NCBI GenBank assembly: GCA_963733035.1
Contig: CAVTBU010000005.1
Location: 416,001 to 480,000, forward strand
DNA: 64,000 nt
DNA from: Pirellulales bacterium
GTDB taxonomy: Bacteria; Planctomycetota; Planctomycetia; Pirellulales; PALSA-1355
Direction of reading: 5' to 3'
Below are positions 41,727 to 51,486 of this stretch, one piece after another. Position 1 is the stretch's first letter. Each line of letters begins with the position of its first letter. The position numbers were made by a program, and so were the translations under genes. Below the pieces are notes generated by a model. The model saw nothing but the letters and a program-made list of their open reading frames with translations. It ran no database searches and was not told where the DNA came from.

Positions 41727-42536
41727 TCACCAGTGCATTACGAATCCACCGTCGACGTTGATCGTTTGGCCGGTTACACTCCCTGCCCGCGGAGAAGCCA
41801 GAAAGACGGCCATTGCGGCAATGTCCTCCGGTTGCTGCCAGCGATTCAGCGGCACCAACTGTCGGATCTTATCGGCGGCCCAGGCATCGTAATCGGGCAC
41901 GTCTGCACCCGATTGTTGCGCGGCCCAAGCTTCGTATGTGAGTCGGTTGAGCGAGGTCTTCACCATGCCCGGGCAAAGCATGTTCACCCGCACGCCGTGC
42001 GGGGCGAAATCGCGAGCAGCGCACTGCCCGAAGTTGATCAGACCGGCCTTTGAGGCGCTGTATGGCGGGTCGGTTTGCGAACCAATCTGACCGGCCACGC
42101 TTGCCAGCAGCAACAGGGAGCCGAAGTCGGCATCGATCAACGGTTGGCGAAAAGCGTGAGCGACATTGACCGCGCCCACCAGATTTACCTCCAGCACACG
42201 CGGCCAATCGGCCGGCTGGAGATTCCAAAATGGAAAGCCTCGCTTGCCGCTGCCTATCGCCGCGGCATGAACGACGTGATTGCACCGGCCGAATTGCCGG
42301 ACGATGTTGGTTACGGCGTCTTCCACTGCCGACAGATCGGTGATGTCTGCCACGAAGCCGGCCACCGGCCGTCGACTTTCGGCGGAAAGCTGTTCTGCGA
42401 CTTGACCGACGCGCCGGTCGCGATCAACAAGTGCGACGGTGGAACCTTCAGAAACAAACTCGCGTGCGATCGCCAGTCCGATACCATCCGCACCGCCGAC
42501 AATGGTGGCCACGTGCCCTTCTATTTGCAAGTCCAT
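41727..42536 (-). CDS. SDR family NAD(P)-dependent oxidoreductase
   Basis: GGADGIG, YSASK, NMLCPG, VDGG. Confidence 0.93.
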   Translation of the reverse strand: MDLQIEGHVATIVGGADGIGLAIAREFVSEGSTVALVDRDRRVGQVAEQLSAESRRPVAGFVADITDLSAVEDAVTNIVRQFGRCNHVVHAAAIGSGKRGFPFWNLQPADWPRVLEVNLVGAVNVAHAFRQPLIDADFGSLLLLASVAGQIGSQTDPPYSASKAGLINFGQCAARDFAPHGVRVNMLCPGMVKTSLNRLTYEAWAAQQSGADVPDYDAWAADKIRQLVPLNRWQQPEDIAAMAVFLASPRAGSVTGQTINVDGGFVMHW

Positions 42537-42546
42537 GGCGTCAGTC

Positions 42547-43284
42547 CTACGTCTCGTCCTTCGCTGGCGAGCGCTGCTGCTCGAACAGCCATTTCCAGAC
42601 GTCGGGATTGTCGTAGGTCTCGGTCCACGAGTCGTGCAATGCGTCAGGATAGACAGTGAACTGCACGTTTCCCTTGAAGCGCTTGAGTGCTTCGACCATG
42701 GACTCGGATCGTTCGAGTGGCACGACCGGGTCCTTGGCGCCGTGAAACACCCAAACAGGCGTTTTCGCCAGGGCCATCGCCGCTAGCCGTTCGCCGCCGC
42801 CACAAATCGGAATCACAGCCGCAAAACGGTCCGGAGTGTAAGCAGCCAGGGCCCAACTACCAAAACCGCCCATGCTCAAGCCGGTCAAGTAAACACGGCT
42901 CTTATCGACCTTGTACTTCGATTCGATATCGTCGATCAAAGCTGTGAGTTCGAGTAACTGGTTCTGCCACCAGCCTCCCCGCTTGCACTGCGGACTGACG
43001 ATGATCGCTGGGAAATCCTTGCCTTCGTCGATCAATTTCGGTGGACCATGTTTCTTGACGAGTTCCAAGTCGTCCCCCCGCTCGCCCGCTCCGTGTAGAA
43101 AGACGACCAGTGGCCACGACTCCTGCTGGTCGTAGTCCTTCGGAAGGTAGAGCAAATAGTTGAGTTTGACCGGAACCTTTGTTTCGAGCGTCTGGGCTGA
43201 TTGCCGAGTCGAATCAGCCCGCGCCACGGCGAGCAACAGGATGGAGCAGAACAGAGTGCCGAGCAGCGGAATTGATTTACGCAT
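42547..43284 (-). CDS. Secreted alpha/beta hydrolase (phospholipase/carboxylesterase-like)
   Basis: LHGAGERG, GLSMGG, FHGAKDPVV, HDSW. Confidence 0.9.
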   Translation of the reverse strand: MRKSIPLLGTLFCSILLLAVARADSTRQSAQTLETKVPVKLNYLLYLPKDYDQQESWPLVVFLHGAGERGDDLELVKKHGPPKLIDEGKDFPAIIVSPQCKRGGWWQNQLLELTALIDDIESKYKVDKSRVYLTGLSMGGFGSWALAAYTPDRFAAVIPICGGGERLAAMALAKTPVWVFHGAKDPVVPLERSESMVEALKRFKGNVQFTVYPDALHDSWTETYDNPDVWKWLFEQQRSPAKDET

Positions 43285-43409
43285 GGTTGCGCCTCGCTTA
43301 GAATATCGCCGAAGTCCTAGGAACGGTTTGGATCATAGCACCCTCGGTTCCTGGTTTCGACAGGCCACTGGCGGGAAAAGCTGCCGTTGTCGCGGGGGGG
43401 CCGGTTAAA

Positions 43410-43585
43410 GTTTCGGTGAAACCATGGGCGCACTTCTGCACACCGCCTGGCGGCTAGCGATAGTCGCTGAGGAACCCGGGTACGCCGGTCTAGACGGCCT
43501 CGACGGGGACAGACTGACACGGCCTCGGTGCGAGTAGCAAAAAGCTCGATAAACTAGAGACGCCGCTCTCCCGCACGGCGTTCGT
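43410..43585 (+). ncRNA. Candidate structured cis-regulatory RNA (unassigned)
   Basis: Multiple nested stems including a GNRA-capped hairpin; lies upstream of the CMD gene; not matched to a named family. Confidence 0.4.
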
Positions 43586-43643
43586 CGTTCGCGTAAGTTC
43601 ATCCCTAAAAACTGACTCCACACTTCTACAGCGAGGCAATACC

Positions 43644-44249
43644 GTGACCGAAGAGATGAGGCAACCCGACCAAGCTGCACGCCGACCCAAAAAGCCTCGC
43701 ATTGCGCCGTTGACGTTGGAGAACGCCACACCGGACCAGCAGGCAGTTCTGTCGGGACTGGTCCGTTCGGGTCGCATCTACAACGTGTTCGCTACAATGG
43801 CGAACCACCCAGAGCTGGCCCGCGACTGGCTCGTGTTTGCCACGCATGTACTTTCTGAGAACTCGCTGCCGCCACGCGACCGCGAGATCCTCATCCTGCG
43901 GATTGGCTGGCTGTGTCGGGCCGAATACGAATGGGCGCAACACGTGCGACTCGGCAAGCGGACGGGGCTCACGGACAAGGACATGGAGCACATTCGGCTC
44001 GGTCCTGAAACGGAGGGAATCAGTCAGCACGATCGACTGCTGCTCCGCGCCACCGACGAGCTGCACGAAGACGCTTGCGTCAGCGAGTCTACGTGGCAGG
44101 CACTCCGGAAAACGTACGACCAGAATCAAATGATGGACCTGGTATTCACGGTCGGTCAATACAATTTGGTCTCGATGGCACTCAATAGTTTCGGGGTGCA
44201 ACTCGACGAGGGACTCGAGGGTTTTCCGAAATCCGCTGCTGGCGATTGA
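43644..44249 (+). CDS. Carboxymuconolactone decarboxylase/AhpD-like protein
   Basis: NVFATMANHP, REILILRIGWLCRAEYEWAQH, ATDELH. Confidence 0.88.
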   Translation: MTEEMRQPDQAARRPKKPRIAPLTLENATPDQQAVLSGLVRSGRIYNVFATMANHPELARDWLVFATHVLSENSLPPRDREILILRIGWLCRAEYEWAQHVRLGKRTGLTDKDMEHIRLGPETEGISQHDRLLLRATDELHEDACVSESTWQALRKTYDQNQMMDLVFTVGQYNLVSMALNSFGVQLDEGLEGFPKSAAGD

Positions 44250-44321
44250 TCCGGCCGCATTCGCCCTCCATACTGTGCGCAAAGCAACCTCATCGATCCG
44301 CAATCATAAGGACTGAACCAG

Positions 44322-45836
44322 ATGCCGCGTTCGCACCTGCCGATTACAGTTCGCGCCGTCGTTGGAGCAATCGCTCTGGTTGGAATCCTGACTGCCGCCG
44401 TGCAGGCTGCGGACGCAATGCGACCGCCAAACGTTGTGTTTCTATTGGCCGATGATCTGGGTTACGGAGATCTTGGTTCGTTCGGACAAACCAAGATTCA
44501 CACGCCGAATTTGGACCGTCTCGCGGCCGAGGGAATGCGGCTTACACAGCACTATAGCGGCAATGCGGTCTGCGCTCCCTCGCGGTGCGTGTTGATGACG
44601 GGCTTGCACCCGGGACATGCGTTCATTCGCGACAACGAGAGCGTTCCGCCCGAGGGGCAAATGCCGATGCCGGCCAGCACGGTCACTCTAGCCAAGCTGC
44701 TTAAGACGCAGGGATATGCCACAGGCGGCTTCGGCAAATGGGGGTTAGGACCGCCGGGCGGATATTCGACACCGGCACGTCAAGGCTTCGATCGGTTCTT
44801 CGGCTACCTTTGCCAGGCGAAAGCCCACAATTACTATCCCAAGTATCTCTGGAGTGACGATACGCGATTCGATCTAAGGAATGCCGATTTCTCCGCGCAT
44901 CAGGCCTTGCCGCCAGGGGCGGACCCCAATGACCCGGCAAGCTACAAACCATTCAGCGGGCCGGATTACGCGCCAGACCTGATCGGAGCGCAGGCCCTCG
45001 AATTCGTCCGCCAGCATAGAAACGAGCCGTTCTTCTTGTACGTTCCGACGACGGTGCCACACTTGGCGCTGCAAGTGCCGGAAGACTCGCTGGCCGAGTA
45101 CCGCGGTAAGTTCGATGACAAACCCTACGTGGGAGACCGACGGTACCTGCCGCACCGCGAACCGCGCGCGGCCTACGCCGCCATGGTCACGCGGATGGAC
45201 CGCGACATGGACCGGATCATCGATCTCATTCATGACCTTGGCCTGGACGATGACACGATCATCATTTTCAGCTCCGACAACGGACCGCTTTACGACGAAC
45301 TAGGTGGCACCGATAGTGAATTCTTCGATTCAGCCGGACCACTTCGTGGTCGCAAGGGTTCGCTGTATGAGGGCGGCATTCGCGTGCCGTGCATCGTGAA
45401 ATGGAAAGGACACGTTCCCGCCGGTGTGACGTCGGATCGGGTAAGCGGCTTTGAGGACTGGCTGCCGACAATCCTGGCGTTAATCGGCGCGAAGGATGGC
45501 ACTCCCGCCGGGTTGGACGGCATCAACATGGCCCCCACGCTGCTAGGTGAGTCACAACCGGCGCGGCCGTTTCTGTACCGCGAATTCCCCGAGTATGGCG
45601 GGCAGCAGTCGCTACGGACGGGTGACTGGAAGGCCGTGCGACAAAACCTAAGGCCCCGTGGCAAGCAGTCCAAACCGGACCTGACAGTCCACCTTTACAA
45701 TCTGGCGGATGACATCGGCGAATCGAAGGATGTCGCCGCCGAATATCCGGACATTGTACAGAAAATGGCTGAAATCATGCGGCAGCAGCACGTACCGTCG
45801 GCTGAATTTCCCCTACCAGCGCTCGACAATTTGTAA
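44322..45836 (+). CDS. Arylsulfatase (FGly-dependent)
   Basis: ADDLGYGD, CAPSRCVLMTG, GKWGLG, SDNGP. Confidence 0.95.
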   Translation: MPRSHLPITVRAVVGAIALVGILTAAVQAADAMRPPNVVFLLADDLGYGDLGSFGQTKIHTPNLDRLAAEGMRLTQHYSGNAVCAPSRCVLMTGLHPGHAFIRDNESVPPEGQMPMPASTVTLAKLLKTQGYATGGFGKWGLGPPGGYSTPARQGFDRFFGYLCQAKAHNYYPKYLWSDDTRFDLRNADFSAHQALPPGADPNDPASYKPFSGPDYAPDLIGAQALEFVRQHRNEPFFLYVPTTVPHLALQVPEDSLAEYRGKFDDKPYVGDRRYLPHREPRAAYAAMVTRMDRDMDRIIDLIHDLGLDDDTIIIFSSDNGPLYDELGGTDSEFFDSAGPLRGRKGSLYEGGIRVPCIVKWKGHVPAGVTSDRVSGFEDWLPTILALIGAKDGTPAGLDGINMAPTLLGESQPARPFLYREFPEYGGQQSLRTGDWKAVRQNLRPRGKQSKPDLTVHLYNLADDIGESKDVAAEYPDIVQKMAEIMRQQHVPSAEFPLPALDNL

Positions 45837-45943
45837 ATTGCGGAAGGCAAACTCCGCACTTCAAGTGAACCATCGCCTGATGGGGGGAGTAAACTAAAAG
45901 GTAGAGAATACTCGCCGCCCCCCTCCCTCGAGGCTCTTCCGCG

Positions 45944-48900
45944 ATGCATTCGGCACTGCTGGCTGCCTTTGTCCTGGGCAACCTGCCTGTTTATCTTTAC
46001 CCGCAAACGGCCCTTCCCGATGCGGCCTGGCCGACGCACGCGACGATCACGACACCGCAGGGCTGGGTCCAAGCCGATCAGCATTTGATGCTGTTGGAAA
46101 ACGGCAAGCCCATGCGGGCTCAATTCGAAGTGGCGGCCCGTTGGCCAGATGGCTCACCCAAGTGGATCCATGCTCACGGCACGTTCAACTACGCCGCAGG
46201 CCAACCGGCCAACTATGAATTCGTACGTGCCGACCAACCGCCGAACATTCCTGATTCGCCGCTTACAGTGCGTGACGACGCCGACGGAATCCACATCGAT
46301 ACAGGCACGACGCGGTTGCTAATTCCGCGACCCTTCGTCGGGATCTCCCTGCTTGAACAGGGAGGAAAGCCTATCCTGCGCGGCGAAGGAGGACCCTACG
46401 TCATCGACGGCGACGGCACGGTGTGGCATGCCAAACACGACCGCGATGCTGAAATCGTGGTCGAACAACAAGGCGCGGCGATGGTCATCATCAAAGCGAC
46501 CGGCTGGTATCAGACACCCGAACCACGCGACGACGCGTTCTGCCGTTTCACGACACGCATCATCGCCTATGCGGGTTCATCGATCGTCAAGATCGACCAC
46601 GCCACGACCTTTTCCGACGACATGAAGCAGCACACAGTCGCCGAGTTGGCGTTCAAGTTCGTGCCCGCAGGGGCCACGGAGTTTTCCTCTTCGACGCACC
46701 GAGGGCGGTTTCACGCCAAACTGCGGGCCGCGTATCTCGCGCAGCTCACCGATGATCGGCTCTATCGTATCGCTCAGGTAGGCCCCGACGCCGATCGCGA
46801 TATTCGCCATCAGGGTGATTATGAACGTTGTGCCGGCTGGTTCAGCACCGCGGTGAGCGATCACCAGTTGACGCTGTTGACCAAGGACTTCTGGCAGAAA
46901 TGCCCCAAGGAAGTCAAGTTGTCTCCCGACGAACTGGTTTACTACGCCTGGCCTAAACACGGGGACCTGGCGCCGCCTGACCCCACCGCCACGCGTCTGA
47001 ACAGTGTCTACAAATTCAAGTGTTTCCATACCGGAAAGCTGCTCGACTCGAACTTGCCCGATGAGTATTTCCAAGTGCTCGAGCGGCAGAAGGACACGAC
47101 CGAATGCAAGCCGGAGTTCGCCCGCGCCGGCAATATGCAGGGCGTGTCGATGCACAATTCGTTTGCCCTGGCGATCACGCCGACGGGTTCATCGGCGGAC
47201 GAGACACGCGATTATCTCGACAAGCTCCAGCTGCTCTATTTGCAAAGTCCGATTGCTCGGGTCAGTCCGCAAACCATTGCCGCCAGCGGCGTGTTTGGCC
47301 CCACGCTGGGTGCCACGAGCCAATTCGCCGAGATGGAGCACGTGGTGGTCCGTGGATTGCTGGGAACCGTCCGGTCGATTCCTCGCTACGGCGACTACGG
47401 GTGGGCGATCTACGGAAATCTACACCACTTTGAGATCATGGACTACAAGGTCGACGGCGTGCGTGTCGGTCGGCCTTCACTGCATCGAGTCTGGAACAAC
47501 AACCACTACCAGCAGTGCACGACGCTGTGGCAGGTGTGGGGGCTCAACGGCGATCCTCGTCTTTTGGAAATCGCGCGATTGTGCACTGACAACTACGCGA
47601 GCATTGGCCAGGTTCGATACGACAAGCAGTGGTACCAGACTGATCCCGACGATCCCCAGCGGCGGCCAGGCATCAAGTACCACTTTCCGGGAGCCCTCTA
47701 CCATTGTAAGGCCTTGGTTCCCTGGGGAAGTCGCGGCTACGGCATGGACGCGGGCGACGTTGACGCCTCCCTGGCAGCCCATTTTCCAGACCCTTCGGCC
47801 TTGCTCTTCGCCTGGCTGTTGGACGCCGATCGCTGGTGCAAAGACGGCTACGACCTCTGGCGGGAGAATGTCCGTTTTCCCACCAGCGGCACGCGGCGCG
47901 AAATCAACCACACGTTCGTCCAAGCCCTAAACCTTTACGAGTACGCGCCCGACGAAAAAACCCTGGCCGCAATCAAGGGCATGCTCTTTGGTAGCGGAAA
48001 GAACTTCGGTCTGATCGGCTTGCCGCTCGAACAACAACATCCGGGGCCTCTCTGGAATTCCACCTGGGTTTCGCGTGCATACGAAATGTTTCCGGACCAT
48101 CAACAGTTGCGCGATTTTATCGTTCGCTCGGCCGACAAACTGCAGATGAACAATGAAAGCATCTGGACCCTGGCCCTCAGTGCCACGGCCTGGCAAATCA
48201 CCGGAGATACGAAACACCTGCTTCGGCACGCCGGCACGCTCGATCGCGTCCGCCGCACGCTGCTCCAGGACAAAACCGGTCGGTGGCAAGACTACGGACT
48301 CGCCCCAGGGCCCATCGGCGATGGATACTTCGCTTTACAATGGCACCGCTTTGCCAGGGCACTACGCGATTCGGGTCTGGGAATTCCCAAGTCACCACCG
48401 GAGCCGGGTCAGTACTTGTGTTCAATCACTCGATTCGACAACGCGGAAGATATCGCGGCCCGCGGCACGCGCGTGCTCATCCTGGTGCCCAGGTCCGAGT
48501 CCGAACAAACGTCGCACAAGTTGACCGTGGACGCTTCCCGCCTGATCGCCGGCGACCTGGCCGCTACCAGTCTGGCGCTTTACGGCCCCGACCACCGGCG
48601 CCTGTGGGACGAACCGCGAATGGCCATGACCAAGGGAGGCGGCCGACGCATCGAACGCCCGTCGTCCTGGCTTGTCACCCGCGAACAATACGACGGCCCA
48701 AAATCGCCAGGCCTGCATACGCTGTCCTATGGTTCGCACGGCATCGGCATCTATCAGGGTCTGGCCGGCGGCCTGCCGGAATGCCAGGTACTTAACAATG
48801 TCAAGATTGACAGCTGGACGGAGCCGGTGACCTACTGCTGCAGCCTGTCGCGCGGTTGGCTTGTGCCGCTCTCCGACTTTCCAACGACCTTGCGGTTCAC

Positions 48901-49198
48901 CGCCTACGGAACGCACCACGGCTCTTGTGTTTCGGTCACGCCCCAAGATGGAACCAAGACAGAGCACTGGCTGGTCTCGGGGGAGACCGCCGAGATTTCG
49001 CTTGCACCCGGCACAGGGCCGTGGTACCTGGATATCTTTGGAGACGGAAGCTCCGCGACCAAGATCGAGGTACATGCGCAGACGGAAATGCCGCTTCTCT
49101 ATGGAAGCAATCTTGAGCACATCAAACTGATCCAGACCTCGATTCTCGATCAGGGCACTCAGGCAACGAATTCCACGGATGTCGACCGACCCGATTGA
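45944..49198 (+). CDS. Large hypothetical protein, exo-rhamnogalacturonan lyase (PcRGLX/YetA)-like
   Basis: ARWPDGSPKW N-terminal motif, KDFWQKCPK, YGWAIYG...WNNNHY; 1084 aa. Confidence 0.6.
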   Translation: MHSALLAAFVLGNLPVYLYPQTALPDAAWPTHATITTPQGWVQADQHLMLLENGKPMRAQFEVAARWPDGSPKWIHAHGTFNYAAGQPANYEFVRADQPPNIPDSPLTVRDDADGIHIDTGTTRLLIPRPFVGISLLEQGGKPILRGEGGPYVIDGDGTVWHAKHDRDAEIVVEQQGAAMVIIKATGWYQTPEPRDDAFCRFTTRIIAYAGSSIVKIDHATTFSDDMKQHTVAELAFKFVPAGATEFSSSTHRGRFHAKLRAAYLAQLTDDRLYRIAQVGPDADRDIRHQGDYERCAGWFSTAVSDHQLTLLTKDFWQKCPKEVKLSPDELVYYAWPKHGDLAPPDPTATRLNSVYKFKCFHTGKLLDSNLPDEYFQVLERQKDTTECKPEFARAGNMQGVSMHNSFALAITPTGSSADETRDYLDKLQLLYLQSPIARVSPQTIAASGVFGPTLGATSQFAEMEHVVVRGLLGTVRSIPRYGDYGWAIYGNLHHFEIMDYKVDGVRVGRPSLHRVWNNNHYQQCTTLWQVWGLNGDPRLLEIARLCTDNYASIGQVRYDKQWYQTDPDDPQRRPGIKYHFPGALYHCKALVPWGSRGYGMDAGDVDASLAAHFPDPSALLFAWLLDADRWCKDGYDLWRENVRFPTSGTRREINHTFVQALNLYEYAPDEKTLAAIKGMLFGSGKNFGLIGLPLEQQHPGPLWNSTWVSRAYEMFPDHQQLRDFIVRSADKLQMNNESIWTLALSATAWQITGDTKHLLRHAGTLDRVRRTLLQDKTGRWQDYGLAPGPIGDGYFALQWHRFARALRDSGLGIPKSPPEPGQYLCSITRFDNAEDIAARGTRVLILVPRSESEQTSHKLTVDASRLIAGDLAATSLALYGPDHRRLWDEPRMAMTKGGGRRIERPSSWLVTREQYDGPKSPGLHTLSYGSHGIGIYQGLAGGLPECQVLNNVKIDSWTEPVTYCCSLSRGWLVPLSDFPTTLRFTAYGTHHGSCVSVTPQDGTKTEHWLVSGETAEISLAPGTGPWYLDIFGDGSSATKIEVHAQTEMPLLYGSNLEHIKLIQTSILDQGTQATNSTDVDRPD

Positions 49199-50354
49199 GC
49201 ATGAGTTCGATGCTTCGCTCACTGACCAGGAGCGAGCGACCGTCGATCGCGCTCGCCAGTTCGCCCGATTAGTGGTCGCGCCGCAGGCGGCAATTTGGGA
49301 GCGCGAACGCCGAATGCCGCTGGAGACCTTGCGGGCGGCGTGCGCGGCGGGGTTGGCGTCGATTGAGCTACCCAAGGCTTTCGGGGGCGATCAGCTACGG
49401 TTCTCGACCAAACTACGCGTTGCCGAGGAACTGGCGAAGCACGATTTCGGCTTTGCCTTTTCGCTGGTCAATCACCACAATGCCCTGGTGCGCGTCGCTC
49501 GGACGGCAACGTCACACCGCGAGCGGCTATTGCCGAGAATGCTGAGCGGAGAGTTGGTCGGCTGCGCGGCCTATACCGAACCAGATCACGGCAGCGATCT
49601 GGGGCATCTGACCACTACCGCGGCGCCAACGCCCCAAGGCTGGCGGCTGGTGGGTGCCAAAAGTTGGATCACCAATGCCGACGTGGCCGATGTGTTGCTA
49701 ACGCTTGTCCAAACCGATCCTGCGGCTGGTGCCCAGGGCCTTGCGCTCGTGCTGGTTGAGTCCGATCGCGACGGCTTCACGCGCGAGCCCGCTTTGGAGC
49801 TGCAAGGCACACATGCGATCGGCGTTGGCGGTTTCAGGCTTCAAGATTACCTGGCGCCACACGAGGCCGTAATCGACCCGCCTGGAGAGGCGTTTCGAAA
49901 TTCGCTGGCCCGAATCAACGGGGCTCGCTGCTACGTGGCGGCAATGTGCGCTGGAATGCTCGATGCGGCGCTCGACGTGGCAGTCCGCTACGCGGCCAGG
50001 CGTCAGGCTTTCGGAAAAGCCGTGATTGAGTTTCAGGGTTTGCGTTGGTCGCTCGTCGATGCGGCCAACGATTTGGCCGCCCTGCGGCTTCTCTGCTACC
50101 GAGCGGCGCACCTGATCGACAATGGCCACGACGCGGAAGAAGCCTCGGCAGCAGCCAAGAAGTTCGCCGGTGACAAGACGGTGGCCCATCTGTCTGCTTG
50201 CATTCAAGCGTTGGGAGCCAACGGACTGCAAACCAACTATCCTCTCATGCGTCATTTGGTGGCAGCCAAGACTGCCTGCTTTACCGATGGCACCACGGAG
50301 ATGATGAATGAGCGATTAGGGAAGGCGCTAGTCCGTCGACGCACCTCTTCCTAG
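49179..50354 (+). CDS. Acyl-CoA dehydrogenase family protein
   Basis: TEPDHGSD, GAKSWITNA, RQAFGKAVIEFQ, QALGANG. Confidence 0.92.
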   Translation: MSTDPIEHEFDASLTDQERATVDRARQFARLVVAPQAAIWERERRMPLETLRAACAAGLASIELPKAFGGDQLRFSTKLRVAEELAKHDFGFAFSLVNHHNALVRVARTATSHRERLLPRMLSGELVGCAAYTEPDHGSDLGHLTTTAAPTPQGWRLVGAKSWITNADVADVLLTLVQTDPAAGAQGLALVLVESDRDGFTREPALELQGTHAIGVGGFRLQDYLAPHEAVIDPPGEAFRNSLARINGARCYVAAMCAGMLDAALDVAVRYAARRQAFGKAVIEFQGLRWSLVDAANDLAALRLLCYRAAHLIDNGHDAEEASAAAKKFAGDKTVAHLSACIQALGANGLQTNYPLMRHLVAAKTACFTDGTTEMMNERLGKALVRRRTSS

Positions 50355-50568
50355 AATTCCCAGTGCGGCGCAAGCTTTCCCGGCAACTTTTCGTATCGCG
50401 GGGATTAGGCGGCTTATGGTTCCTAGGCAAGCCACCTTTCCAGCGTTTTTCCGGGACTCCATTTGCCCGCATTGGGTTCGTACGCAATACTTGTTCGCTC
50501 TTTGTACGAACCTGTCTGGTCTGCCCTGTTCAGGGCGGCCGTGTCAATTGTCGCCAAGGACATTTGAG

Positions 50569-51471
50569 ATGCCTCGTCTCCTCAGCACCGTCAAACGGAC
50601 GGTGGTGGTCGTTCTCATCGGCACGAGTTTGCTGGTCGCGTGCTATCCCGCACAAGCACAGGTAGCCACCGTTAACCAGCGGCCCACTTCGAGCGTCTCG
50701 AACTACCGGCCAGATACTCTTGAACCGCCCGCGGCCGACCACCCACTGTCACCGGTGATTGCCTACGCACGACGCGAGCAAAAGTTTCTCGGCCAGACCG
50801 TGCGAGATTTTAGCTGTCGCTTGGTTAAGCGGGAACGGATTAGCGGCTTCTTGCAGGACATGCACTTCATCGACATGGAAGTGCGCGAAGGAACTTATCA
50901 AGACGGTCGCGTCATTCAGCCACTGTCGATCTACCTGCATTTCCTCGCGCCCAAGTCGGTCGTCGACCGGAACGTGATCTTCGTCGAAGGGCAAAATGAC
51001 GGGAAAATGCTCGTTCGCAACGGAGGCAAGCATTTCGAATACGTGCTGGCAAAAATCGATCCCGCAAGCGAAGCAGCTCGCGAGGAAACGCTGGTTCCGG
51101 TTACTGAAATCGGCTTCAACCGGCTGCTGGGCCACATGATTCACGTGCTCGAGCGACACCAACAGGTCGATCCGCTCGGAAACAACACACAGGCCGAACG
51201 CATCGCGGGCGCCAAGATCAATAACCGCCCCTGCACGGTCATCCGGATCATGCATCCGCAGCCGATGCGGGGCCTCGACTTTCACATCGCCAACGTATTT
51301 GTCGACGACGCCTTGCATGCACCGGTGCGAGTGGACTACTCGGGCTGGCCCAAGAACGAAAGCAGTTCCGCTCCACTGATTGCCGAATACACTTACACCA
51401 ACCTGAAGCTCAATGTTGGCCTGACCGACGCGACTTTCAATCCGGCCCGGCTGCGCCGCGCAGGCGACTGA
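50569..51471 (+). CDS. DUF1571 domain-containing protein
   Basis: Signal peptide; LVKRERI, PLSIYL, FVEGQNDGKM, EYTYTNLKLNVGLTDATF. Confidence 0.8.
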   Translation: MPRLLSTVKRTVVVVLIGTSLLVACYPAQAQVATVNQRPTSSVSNYRPDTLEPPAADHPLSPVIAYARREQKFLGQTVRDFSCRLVKRERISGFLQDMHFIDMEVREGTYQDGRVIQPLSIYLHFLAPKSVVDRNVIFVEGQNDGKMLVRNGGKHFEYVLAKIDPASEAAREETLVPVTEIGFNRLLGHMIHVLERHQQVDPLGNNTQAERIAGAKINNRPCTVIRIMHPQPMRGLDFHIANVFVDDALHAPVRVDYSGWPKNESSSAPLIAEYTYTNLKLNVGLTDATFNPARLRRAGD

Positions 51472-51486
51472 TCCGACGTCCTGGGG

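Noticed and set aside
43345..43625. tmRNA or RNase P RNA (GGTTTCGACAGG and GAGGAACCCGGG look-alikes)
   Set aside because: No GGGG 5' end or T-arm/CCA 3' end; lacks GAGGAAAGUCC and is too short
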